A stretch of 64,000 nucleotides of DNA from Azolla caroliniana (lineage: Eukaryota > Plantae > Polypodiophyta), in the NCBI GenBank assembly GCA_043228905.1, contig JBHGNT010000004.1, positions 24,428,001 through 24,492,000 of the forward strand, given 5' to 3'. Shown one piece after another: positions 46,996 through 58,840 of this stretch. Numbering within the stretch: position 1 is the stretch's first letter; each line of letters opens with the position of its first letter. The translations under genes were made by a program, and so were the position numbers. The notes below the pieces were generated by a model. That model had not been told where the DNA came from, did not search any database, and was given only the letters and a program-made list of their open reading frames with translations.

Positions 46996-49900
46996 ATCGG
47001 GTTCACCAAATATGTCGCGTTGCTACGCGCGTGCGTGGAGAAACGAGGCGGGACCACCGGGGTCTTGAACCGAAGAGCAGGTGATAGGAGGGGAAAGAGA
47101 AAGAGAGAGACGACCGGTTATGTATGAGCAAAGAAACACAGGGGCACGGCCCGTCAATGCAAAAAACACGAATGGACACAGAGACAGAGAGACACGAATG
47201 TTTGTATATTAACAAATGACACAAAACAACAGAGCACGCGAGCGGTTACAACCAAACAGGCCGGCGAACAGATGCTGATGCCTGTTCGTCTACGCACGAA
47301 AGGGGATAGGATGGAGGTGCTGCCGGAAGCACACGGGCGTTCCTCGAAGCAGCGCGAGCCTCCCGAAATCCTGCAGAGAAGAGCGACGGAGAATGAACAG
47401 AGGAGAAGCGTTCGGTTACAGTTCGACAACACTTCGTCCTCCTCAATGCGCGATCCCTTCTCCCCCGCGTCTCCCTCTCTTTTATAGCTTCAGGAAGGGA
47501 GCCGTCTCCCTCCTTTACTTCCTACCTACCGAATCTAACTACCCCCGGATATGCCTATGTACCTAATTCCCTATTATATACATTAAAGGGCGCGCATGCG
47601 TGAAGAGCTGGTTCACGCGTGCTATGCACCGATTGCGCTAAGGGACGGTTTTCTTCACAACATCAGACTATGCTGGTCACGCAGACTGCAGGAAGTCTAC
47701 TTCTGGGTATGTGTTTACTTTCACAGGAGGAGCGGTCTCTTGGATCTCCAGACTACAGAAGTGTGTTGCATTGTCTACTACAGAGGTAGAGTATGTTGCT
47801 GCCACTGAGGCATGCAAAGAGGCTTTATGGCTTTAATATCTAGTGAGAGATCTTGGCATTACAGAGTTACCTATTCTTCATTGTGACAGCCAGAGTGCTA
47901 TCATGCTAGCTCGAAATCCCGTCTTTCATGCAAAGACGAAGCACATAGAGGTGAAGTATCACTTCATCAGAGATGTACTTGACAACAAGAGCATTGAGCT
48001 TGTCAAAGTACATACAAATAATAATCCTGCAGATCTTCTTACGAAGGGTCTTCCAGTTGAGCAATTTGCTCATTGCCGACAGATGATGGGAGTTGGATAG
48101 ATGTATGTATGTAGTTCAGCTTTGTACATACTTGGACTTAGTTGACTTTTTTTTTGTTTTTTGTTTTTCTCAGGGCACATTGCCTTTAGGTGGGAGATTG
48201 TTGGGAATAAAGGGCCATCGTGCCTTTTATTAGTGCACGAGTGTGAACGCACTCGTAACACACTTTTGAGTTGTATATACATAATATCTAAAAACCAAAA
48301 AAGAGGTACACTCTTTTGTACCCAAGACAATGTGCATCTCGTTCTCTCACTCGGACTCTCTCCCTCTCTGTTTTTGACCTAAACCCTAATCCTCGTGCTG
48401 CCTTCAGGCTAACAATAAAATCCATTGATATACTTTCCCACTTATTATTGGGAATGTCCAAGGGATGTAAGTCATGCGGTTTTAAGTCGCTCGGCTTTGT
48501 TAACTTGACACTGGTGACATTTAGTCACATAGCTATGTATGTTTGGATGCATCTTAGCCTAATAGAATTGAGTGGAGGTGAGAAAGAGTGTACGATGTAT
48601 TCCAGGGTGTCCTGCTGAGGGTGCATCATGGCATTAAGAAAGAATTCTCTTTTTGACCACATGCAAATTTGGAACACAAACCTTCCCACTATGGTAGAGT
48701 AGATCGTTAGGAATGTGGAAGTATTCCTTCGAGGATGTGGTGGTGTTTGTTCCAGACTCAACTTTTGCCTAGTATTTCGCAAAATAATTGTCATCAGGAT
48801 ACTTTCCTTGAAGGTGATCATAAAGATTTGATGTTATTTCAGTGAAGCTAAGCATGTTAACTTCACGGATGTGACTTAGTGCATTAGCGAAAGTGTTCAT
48901 GGAACCTTTACGATATCTTATGGAAAAATCAAAGTCCTAAATGAGATCTGCTCATCGTGCCTTATGACCTTTAAGGTCTTGTTGGTCACAAAATTATTTC
49001 AAGGACTCGTGGTCCGTAGTTACCATAAAACGATTTCCATAAAGATGCCATGTCTTGAGCACATGAATAACTACAAATAATTCCTTTTCTTGCACGGTAT
49101 ACAGACATTGAGCAGAATCAAGTTTCTTACTCTTAAATGATATTGGTTTTCCATCTTGATATAGGATGACACCTATAACATAATCACTTGCGTCAAATTC
49201 AATTTTAAAAGGTTTTGAAGGATCTGGTAAAAGAAGCGAAGGAGCCTAGCACACTAGGTCCTAGAGTTCCTTAAAGGCGAGGTCTAGTGTAGCATTCCAC
49301 ACAATAGGTTTTGTAGACTTACACATTTGACCTTTGAGAAGATTGGTAAACGTTGTCATCAATTGGGAGTAATTACAAAGAGATTTTTGCAAAAACTCAA
49401 AAAAAATCAAGGAATGATTGAACTTCTCGATTATTCCAAAGAGTGGGCCAAAGTTTGACTTTCTCGATGTGAGAAGGACCAATTTCAACTCCTCGTTCGG
49501 TTATGAGATGTTGAAGATAAGTAATTGATTTCTTAAAGAACTGACATTTTGAGATCTTCGCGTACAATAGTTTGTAAAACAAAGCGGACATGTTTAGCAT
49601 GTTCTTCTAATGTACAACTATAAACTAGAATATCATCCAAGAAAATGACGACAAATTTTGCAAGTTGTTCTTGGAAAATGTCATTCATTTTGTTGTTGAA
49701 ATGTGGACGGAGCAAATTTGGTCAAACCGAAAGGCATGAACAAAAACTCATAATGCCCATAGCCCGTACGAAGATCAAGTTTCGTAAAATACTGAGCTCC
49801 CTAGAGACGGTCAATTAGATCGTCAGCCTGGGGCAATGGATATGAATTCTTGATCGTCGCTTTATTCAAGCGTCGGTAATTAATACACATACGCCATGTG

Positions 49901-51342
49901 CCCTCTTTCTTTTATACCAAGAGAACAGGTGCACCCCATGGAGATTTACTATAACGTATATAACCCATTCATAAATAGTCATTGAGTTGCTTAGATACCT
50001 CATCCTCTTCGGATCAACTTAAGCGATAAGGAGGTATACTTATTGGTGCAACACCAGGTACAATATCTATACGATGGTTTATATTATGTTTAGGAGGTAA
50101 CCCATGTGGTAGTCCACACGGAAAAACATCACAAAAATCATTTAAGATTTCATCAAGTTGTTGATGTTCAAAATATGATAAACACGTTCGACTTCACAAG
50201 GAAGGTTCGCGCATTCCAATTATAGATTCTTTCTATAATCTTGCTATTTTAGGCAATTTTCATAAACTTGATACATCATTATCACATGTTTTAAATAACA
50301 TGTAAAATTTGCTATTTTTTTCATATTCGACAAGTTTCAAAATGATAATTTCTAAAATTGAATAGTTTTTCAATAAATGTTTAAATGTTGATGGTCTACA
50401 GATATGAAATGTAGTTAACTTAAAGAAAATCACAATGGTTAACTCAAGGCACAAGTTAAGATTAATGGTTTCACCATCTTGGGGAGATGTAGGTTCCATA
50501 AGTGGAATTTACATCTATTTTTAGACTTGAAAATGTTTTAAGTATAAGAGGTAACATTGTTACAATCCTTAATGTTATCATCTATACATTTATTGCTCAT
50601 TAATATCCATAAATTCACAACTCAAGAAATGTATACAATATTCATAAACTATTTTGATAAATCCATCACTCCTAAAATGTAAACGATATTCATAAACTGT
50701 CAAAACTGCCAAACTTAGATTTAAACATTAATATATCAATTTGAACATATCACATAGTTATCAAGGTATCCAAAATGCTCTCCTTTTCTTCATTTTAAGA
50801 ACTCCCCTACAAAATTTGTGAAGTAAATGGCATTTGCAAGGTTCAATTACCATCAACACAATTATTAATGGTTTTTCGTTAATCAAGGAAGCACATGTTC
50901 ACCATAAGGTATGTTGTGCAACATACTTCTTTACAAGATCGATATGTATATATTTTACTTTTGTAAAAACAAAGATTTTAGTACAATTCGAGTGAATGTA
51001 AACCCTAAACCTCTTTTATTTGAAAAAAAAGAAGATTTCTAAACATGAACTCCATACATTGTATCGAGTTGATGTAAAAAACAGAGTTTTCATCACAATT
51101 CCATACAATGTATCAAATTCATGTTCAAAGTTTTTTTTCCCAGATTTAAAAATAAATAAATAAAAGAAATCGAGTTTCAGTTCATGAAAAAACCAGATTT
51201 TTCACCACAATTCAATACAATGTATCGAGTTCATGTTTAAAGTAATTTTTTTTAATTGTTTTCAAATTGTTTCAATTTGTTTATTATTTTTTGGAAAAAA
51301 AAACCTTCAACATGAATTCGATACATTGTATCGACTTGTGAT

Positions 51343-52371
51343 TAACAATCGGCAATGGTTCCGTTCGGTTCGAGAGGGCCAAAACCGAACCGTTTACAAT
51401 TTCTGAAACCTGAACCGAACCACGAAACCATTAAACCGAACCATTTTTTTTTTCAAACCGTTAAGCCACTAAATCGGTAAAATCGTGGTTTCGTGGTTGG
51501 GTTTCGGTATTCACCTTAGGTCAAAATTAAAATTTTTAAAATTTTAAAATTTTGAGAATTTTCCAAAATGTGAGAACAAGGCGTGAAAATAAAAAAGTTT
51601 ATTAAAAACAATTTTAAATTTTTTAAAAATTGTTTAAAAAAGAAAGAAATAAAAAAACCGTTAAACTGTTGTCGCGGTATTCCGCGAGTATGTGTAAGAT
51701 CTTAGGCGGGACCACGGGGGTCTTGGACTAGGGAGTAGAGGGGGAATGGAAGCTTCACTCGAGAGGAGAGGAGAAAGATTAGGACATGAACATAGAATGG
51801 ATGGAACAAGAAGATAGATGGAGAAAGAAACACAACAAGTTATATTAAGGCTCCGTGAACGATTACAACCATGGCCGCATAGGCCGCACCAAAACGACTA
51901 CAAGAAAACCCTAACTGGATAAGTAAAGTAAAGAAGATGATGAAGAAGAAACCCTAAGCAAAACCCTAAACCCGAAATGGTATGAAGAAGAAGAATAGTA
52001 AAACCCTAAACGAAACCCTAAAACCGAAATAGAAACCCTCGACCTAAGTGGTATACCCTTCTCACTCAAAATAGGCAACCCCTTCACAAGAGACCCCTCC
52101 CTTCCTTTTATAGCCCAAGGAGGGAGAAACGTTACAATGTGGGATGAATTCTCCCCCTTATTCTATACACTATTTTCCTACTATACATGTGCACATGTTG
52201 CACCCTTCCGACTTGCCCATTCCATCCCAGTTTCACACCAAAGTCGGAAATCTTCACGACACCATTTAAACCGCGGTTTTTGGCTGTTGAAACCGAATTG
52301 AACCAGTGAAACCCTTAAACCACGGTTTCATGGTTCGGTTCGGTTCAAACTGAACCGTTTGCCGATTGTTA
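51343..52371. mobile_element. hAT-type MITE
   Basis: TIR TAACAATCGGCAA/TTGCCGATTGTTA. 8-bp TSD CTTGTGAT at 51335-51342 and 52372-52379. Subterminal AAACCG/CGGTT repeats. Confidence 0.85.
51670..52261 (-). mobile_element. Solo LTR of the gypsy-1/gypsy-2 lineage
   Basis: Ends TGTCGCG..CTTCACGACA as in gypsy-2, and shares GGCGGGACCAC.GGGGTCTT. Flanks CTGT/CCAT are consistent with a CCGT TSD decayed by CpG deamination. Confidence 0.85.
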
Positions 52372-53699
52372 CTTGTGATGAAAACTCTGGTTTTCTCATC
52401 ACTTAAAATTTAATAAAGAAAACAACCCAAAATAAATGGAAAAAAATCACAATTGTTTTTAAAAAACCCAAAAAGAAAACTTTAAACATGAACTCGATAT
52501 ATCAAGTTGCTGTTGAAAACCCTGTTTTCCAACACGAACTCGATATAATGTATTGAGTTCATGTTTAAAGTTTTTTTTTTTTGGGTTTATTTAAAAAACA
52601 AATTTGATTATTTATTTATTTATTTTGGGTCTTTTTGTTTTTAAAATAAATAAATAAATTTGAAGTGATGAAAAAACCAGAGTTTTCATCACAAGTCGAT
52701 ACAATGTATCAAATTGATGTTTAAAGTTTTATTTTTTCAAAAATAAAAAATAAAGAAATTGAAACAAATTTACTTTAAACAGGAACTTGATACATTGTAT
52801 TGAATTGTGGTGAAAAATTTGGTTTTTTCATCAACTCAAGCCTGATTTTTTTATTTTTTAAATCTTGGGAAAAAAACATTGAACATGAATTTGATACATT
52901 GTATGGAATTGCAAGGAAAATCTTGTTTTTTACATCAACTCGATACAAGGTATGGAGTTCATGTTTAGAAATCTTCTGTTTTTTCAAATGAAAGAGGTTT
53001 AGGGTTTACATGAACTCGAATTGTACTAAAATCTCCATTTTTACAAGAGAAAAAAATGCATATCAATACTGCAAAGAAGTATGTTGCACAATAAGACACC
53101 TTATGGTGAACATGTGCTTCAACGGCTACAACCGACTCCTTATCACAGGTTGCACTTACGTACTACTATGCTTACGTATCCGAGACACAAACACTGAATT
53201 AGTCGTAGCTATACACAGAAACTCAGAGAAGATAGTATTTTATTATCAGGCGTTCTTTTACATTTCCCAAAAATTACACGCACCTCCTTAGGAGGTTTTC
53301 TGCCCTTTATATATGCAGGGTCTAATTAGTCGTTCACGCTTCCCGCGTGAACCGTTACATACGTTACGCTTATATATTTTCTTATTCCTACGCTTTTGGC
53401 CGTCGGTTACTATTCCGGCGGACAACATTGATGAACAAAAATCCATTAATAATTGTGTTGATGGTAATTGAACATTGCAAATGCCATTTACGTGGTCCAT
53501 AAAATATTCTCGTGGTTCTTAATCACCACTTCAAGCAGTTAATGTTGATCTTCATAGTTTGGTTCATCTACAACAGAGAAACATTTATGTGGAACTAAGG
53601 ATGACAACATGACAACATTTATGTGGAAACTTGCAAGAACTCAAGGTGGGGATTTTAATAGCTACAGATGTAGATGGCCATGACCTAAGGCACCAATTC

Positions 53700-55945
53700 T
53701 GTTAGAGACATACACTAATGTAAGCATTAGATAAGGATAGAATATAGATGAATAGATAAAAAGGAGAGAGAGAAAGAAGGGTGCCGATCCACCCGACCAC
53801 CCCCGAGCGAAGGGATCAAGACGGACTCGAGCCTCGATCGGCGTCCCATACCACCGCCGTGGCGTCGAGTCGTACTTGGTGCTGGCGCCGTCGCTACAAG
53901 AGTTGATCAACCACAAGACAGAGTCTCGACGTAGTCAACCAGATCCCGAAATGAGGGTAGCTAGGCCTCTATTTATAGCGATACCCAAGGCCCCCAACCA
54001 TGTTCACACTTGGCCTAATGGGTTGTCTCAATCCCGAGGATTTAAAAGTAATCCTCCCTTTTTTACACTCTCGTTTAACCCTTACACTTATCCACGTGTA
54101 TAGAATATTACGGTAAATTCTCACCATGGGATATTATATGGTCATGCCCGTAACATACTCCCCCTCTTTAAAAGATTGCACTCTTGCAATGGAAAGTTCA
54201 TATAGACAAAACTTCTCAGCTATGTTTTCGCGTTCCCATGTGGCATCTTTTATTGATTTATCCATCCATTTTATTTTAAATTCTCGGATTTCTTTAGTAC
54301 ATAATTTTTTTGTTTTAACATCGAGAATTCTTTCAGGTACATGTGGTTTAGAAGATAAATCTTCAGAAGTAACCAGAGTTTCAGTTGTAACTGTATTGTC
54401 GCCGAAACCTAGAAGTTCTTTTAGATGACTCACATGAAAGACTGGATGAATTCCAACACCATCGGGAAGAGCGAGACGATAGGTTGATGACCCAATGCGT
54501 TTGAGCACTGTAAAAGGTCCACAAAACCGTGGGGCTAACTTAGCGCACTTACCCGTAGACAATGTCTTAGAATTGTGAGGTACACGTAAAAATACCTTCT
54601 GTCCAGGGTTGAATACACGAGGTTGCCTATGATGATCGACATAAAAACACGATCTATCTTGAGCTGTTTTTATATTGTCTCGTGCAATATGCAACATATC
54701 TTACATATCCTGAAGAAAGTTTTGCGTACTTCGCAACTCATCATGATGTATATTAGCATCAATCGGGGCTCGTGGCTGAAAACCATACATCAACATAAAA
54801 GTACTATATCCCATCGACGTATGCTTGGAGCTGTTATAAGCAAACTCCAAAATTGGGAGATAACGTTCCCATTTTGTTGGTTTTGTACCAACGTATGCTC
54901 GAAGCATGTCCTCAATAATTTGATTTACTCGTTCTATTTGTCCATCGGATTGAGGATGATCCGTGGAGCTCATGCTCAACATAGTTTCTAACTTCTTAAA
55001 GACTTCCGTCCATAAGTCACTAGTCAATTTTGGATCTCGATTACTCACGATATCCATCGGTAACCCATAAAAACGAAATAACTCGTCAACGAATTGGTAA
55101 GCCAATTTAGGAGCTATTATTGTGGTTTTAGTAGCAATAAATCTGGCCATTTTAGTTAGTCAATCAACCACAACCCATATGGCATCATGGCATTTTTGGG
55201 TGCGAGGAAGGCTAGCAATAAAATCCATGGATATACTTTCCCACTTATTGTTGGGAATGTCCAAGGGATGTAAAAGTCCTGTGGCTTTAGGTCGCTCGGC
55301 TTTGTTAACCTGACATTGGGGACATTTAGTCACATAGCTATGTATGTCAGGACGCATCTTAGGCCAATAAAATTGAGTGGAGATGAGAATGAGTGTACGA
55401 TGTATACCAGGGTGCCCTACTGAGGGTGCATCATGGCATTAAAACATAATTCTCTTTTTGACCTCAGGCAAATCTGGAACACAAACCTTCCCATTATGGT
55501 AGAGCAGACCATTAGGAATGTGGAAGTATTCCTTCGAGGATGTGGTGGTGTCTGTTCCAGAGTCAACTCTTGCCCATTATTTTGCGAAATAACTTTCATC
55601 AGGATACTTCCCTCGAAGTTGATCATAAAGATCTGATGTTATTTCACTGAAGCTAAGCATGTTAACTTCATAGATGCGACTTAGTGCATCAACGACAGTA
55701 TTCATGGAACCTTTACGATATCGTATGGAAAAATCAAAGTCCTGGATGAGATCAGCCCATCGTACCTTACGACCTTTCATGTCTTGTTGGTCACAAAAAT
55801 CTTTCAAGGACTCGTGGTCCGTAGTTACCACAAAGCGATTTCCATAAAGATAATGGCGCCATGTTTTGAGCGCATGTATAACTGCAAATAATTCCTTTTC
55901 TTGAACGGTATACCGACATTGAGCAGAATCAAGTTTCTTACTCGT
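53700..55945 (-). mobile_element. Second 5'-truncated chromovirus copy (3' LTR 53700-54155, chromodomain integrase, partial RNase H)
   Basis: Colinear with 34309-35813 plus 48412-49130. PPT at 54156-54166. Confidence 0.9.
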
Positions 55946-56903
55946 AGAAATAAAAAATCTACAATTGGGTTTTATAAATGTATATGCTCATAATGCGTCA
56001 TCAGATAGGAGAAGGTTATGGTCTTATCTACGTGATACTTTGCCAATGTGGATCATTGGTGTATGGTCAGAGATTTTAATATGATCGAGGATATGTTGGA
56101 TAGAAGTGGAGGTAGCCAAGTTGTTTTATATAGTTCGGAATTAAGCTTTTGGGAGAGGTTGTGCTTTAAGTATGGTTTTCAAGATACTTGGCACTCTTCT
56201 TCCTTTAGCAAACATGTTGAATCCTTGTAATTCTCTAGATTAGATAGACGGTTGTTGGGTACTAATCTAGATCAATTAGACAAATTGTATGCTAATGACT
56301 TCTTGCTAAAGTTAGGAGGTTCATTACATATATTAGTTGGGAAAACTTTCTCAGATCACTCACCTCTTATTGTTACTTTGAAAAAAAGGGAAAAATGAAG
56401 GCCTTTAGGACACCTATACCTTCCTCTTTGTATGATGATGTTGTCATTAGAAGAGATGTTTTAGTAATTTGGAAGGATACAAGTGTATCACAACTGATGG
56501 GGTGTAATAAATTTGTGGATGCAATTGCCAATGTTAGTAATTGGTTTTGTAGTAAAGCAAAGGAGGACCGATGTCAATTAAAAAAAAAGATAGCGAGTAC
56601 TAAACAAACGGTTGTTTCTTTGCAACATTTTCAACAACGTATGCCATGAGCGATGTGGGTGATGTTTGAATTGAATAATAGAATGGATAAGCTTTCTAAA
56701 CTACAAAATGTTTGGGCTCAATGCACTTATAATTCATTTGCTACAAAGTGGGCACAAGTGGGGGATAAAGTCTCTGCCGATTTTTTCAAAATTGTAATTG
56801 CAAAAAAATCTTGTAATGGGATGAAACAACTTCAGAGGGATGATGGATCCATTACGGAGGATGTTGAGGAAATGAGGCATATTGCTACATAGTTTTATAA
56901 ACA
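55946..56903 (+). mobile_element. LINE ORF2 fragment (APE endonuclease and linker)
   Basis: GFINVYAHNA, WCMVRDFNMIE, FSDHSPL and VGDKVSADFFK. Similar to the LINE at 18-19 kb. Confidence 0.8.
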
Positions 56904-58166
56904 CGCTCGCGTTCACAAGTGGAAGGATCACGCATAAATGGAAGGATAAGGAATATTTTGATTGATTTTAGTACTTTTTCAATGATTTTACAAAACACAT
57001 TAATACCAGTATCATACATGTTCAAATATACTATGAAAAAGGTTAAAAATCCACTATTTTTGTGATTTAGAAAAAGAAGAAGAAGAGGAATTTCAAAAAG
57101 TTACATTCTCAATTTATATCACAAACTTTACAGCCAATGTTATTTTATAAGAAACGATTTTTTAGAAATCATAAGAATTCAAAACACATGCTTTTATATT
57201 GCTCGATTTGTTACAAGCGGAATGTAGTTACACTTAATAGCCAAAAATACATTCATGATCACTCCTTTACGGAGAATCACTATTATAACTAATGTACAAT
57301 GACGATTCCTCCTCGTCATCCTCGGATGTACCAATCAATGCATTATCTTCGTCATAAACCAAATGGTTTGACTCTAGATTATATGTAGCAGATCTCGTTT
57401 GCCTTCGACTCAAGCCACCTTGTAGACCTGGTAATTTTTCTTTTATTATATCTATTGTTGACTTCCTTAATCGTCCGGCTTTTGTAAGCGTGAGGTCGTA
57501 CACGATGATATCCACATCAGAGATATCAAGGGTCGAGGTGTTACGAATGTTTCGCTTCCTCTTCCAACCTCCCCTTGTCGTTGGGCATTCAATAATCTCC
57601 AATGTATACTTACTTGTAAAAGCATTTGCACTTCTAGTGTTGTACCAATAAACGTTTAGGGACTTGATCGTGTTTTCTATTTCATGCATTAGCACTTCTA
57701 GAATTTTACCAACCCAAAATTAGTGGTCATATGAGTTCTCATCAGCCGGCGTTGCAATCAACATCCCCGCTGCGAGCTCTTGCAAATTGCCTTGCCATCT
57801 AGCTTCGGCTACTTTGGTCATCCTTGGTCCCACATAAATGTCTCTTTGTTGTGGATGGACTAAACTGTCATTAATCGCATTTGTTGGTTGCTCCGGAGTT
57901 TTATTTACACGATCATGTTCTAGCGACCATGTGAATGGTGTTTCCAAATTCCAATTATCACCGAATACACAATTGTCTATAATTCCTTTCCAATCACTAA
58001 AAAATACATCCCACCATGACGTGTCTTGTTGTGCGGCATATTTCTTGGCATCCTCAATATGCTTTCTTTTTTCTTCTAAGGCTTGGAGCCATAATTGTTT
58101 TTGTTCCGATACCAAGTCACTATGCAACTATCCTTTCTTCTCAATTGGCATTTGTTTAGCTCCATG

Positions 58167-58479
58167 TGTTAGGAAACAGATCCCTCCGGATGAGGAGTAC
58201 CCGGCTACGGATGACCCGGTGAGAACCGGATGATGAAGACCTGGTGAGAACCGGATGATGAGTGCCCGGCAAGCGCTGGATGATGCAGGCCCGGTGAAGA
58301 GTGATCACCAGATGAAGGGAAATATTCGTAAATATGTTTTTGAGAGTCCATCGGGGCTATATTTGTAAATAGCCGGAAAGTCATATTACTATAAATATGA
58401 CTTAGGGCAAACTGTTGTTTATGATGTGTGTGTGTAGCTGTTGTCATTCTTGTTGGCGCAAGATTATAGCGCAGCCGTG

Positions 58480-58544
<65 letters not shown>

Positions 58545-58840
58545 GAAGAGTTCGTATCTCTGTTGTAACCGCCGCCTGTGGCGAAGATCGTGAGCATGAG
58601 ATCGTTGCCTCCGTGAGCTTACTGTTGTAATCATTGTGATATAGTGATAGTTTGCAGTCTGTGGGCTGCCGTGGTTTTTTCCCTAGTTTGGGTTTTCCAC
58701 GTTAACATCCTGTATTCTCTTTTCTTTCCTGTGTACTCTTCTCTCCTTTGTGTCGTGCATTCATTATCCATTTTTCTGTGCTTCGATTTTAGACTCGGTT
58801 GTGGCCGAGTGGTGTGCAAAGGGAGCGTGCATTCCTGTCA
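58167..58840 (+). mobile_element. Solo LTR related to the copia-1 LTR family
   Basis: TG..CA ends with TSD CCATG at 58162-58166 and 58841-58845. Similar to 39457-40159. Confidence 0.92.

Larger units (their letters stand above)
40624..47662 (-). mobile_element. GC-rich non-chromoviral Ty3/gypsy element (gypsy-2), same lineage as gypsy-1
   Basis: 650-bp LTRs 40624-41273 and 47013-47662. tRNA-Trp PBS at 46991-47008. A degenerate 4-bp TSD GCGG/TCAG is required to restore the host DADYAG frame. Confidence 0.95.
36221..48100 (+). pseudogene. copia-2 gag-pol, disrupted by stops, a frameshift and insertions at 39457-40159 and 40624-47662
   Basis: CHHCGKKGHFKRDC, WILDSGGSFH, HSDNGGEY, HGDLHEDIYMQQPEGF, LYVDDML, DADYAG..RKSTSGY and AKTKHIEVKYHFIR. 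Confidence 0.92.
35819..48406 (+). mobile_element. Full-length Ty1/copia element (copia-2, short LTRs) with two nested insertions
   Basis: LTRs 35819-36012 and 48199-48406. TSD GGCTA at 35814-35818 and 48407-48411. PBS TGGTATTAGAGCC at 36016-36028 (iMet, one mismatch). PPT at 48188-48198. Confidence 0.95.
34309..50200 (-). mobile_element. 5'-truncated chromovirus (Ty3/gypsy, Tcn1/Reina-like), interrupted by copia-2
   Basis: 3' LTR 34309-34763 with PPT. Integrase and chromodomain at 34750-35813 continue after the insertion at 48412-~50200 with RNase H and RT (FLDDILVYS, SPWGAPVLLV). Confidence 0.88.
50823..53491. mobile_element. Foldback (long palindromic) non-autonomous element, ~1.35 kb after removing two insertions
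   Basis: The left arm 50823-51342 plus 52380-~52520 is the reverse complement of ~52520-53120 plus 53427-53491. It is built of repeated AACTCGATAC-N3-GTATCGAGTT motifs. Confidence 0.8.

Noticed and set aside
41285-47487. Numerous overlapping and antisense ORFs in gypsy-2
   Set aside because: They are shadow ORFs expected from high GC content and have no counterparts in AT-rich gypsy-1.
34309-54155. LTRs 34309-34763 and 53700-54155 as the two ends of one element
   Set aside because: Both abut a PPT and a chromodomain-integrase end, so both are 3' LTRs of separate copies. There is no PBS or shared TSD.
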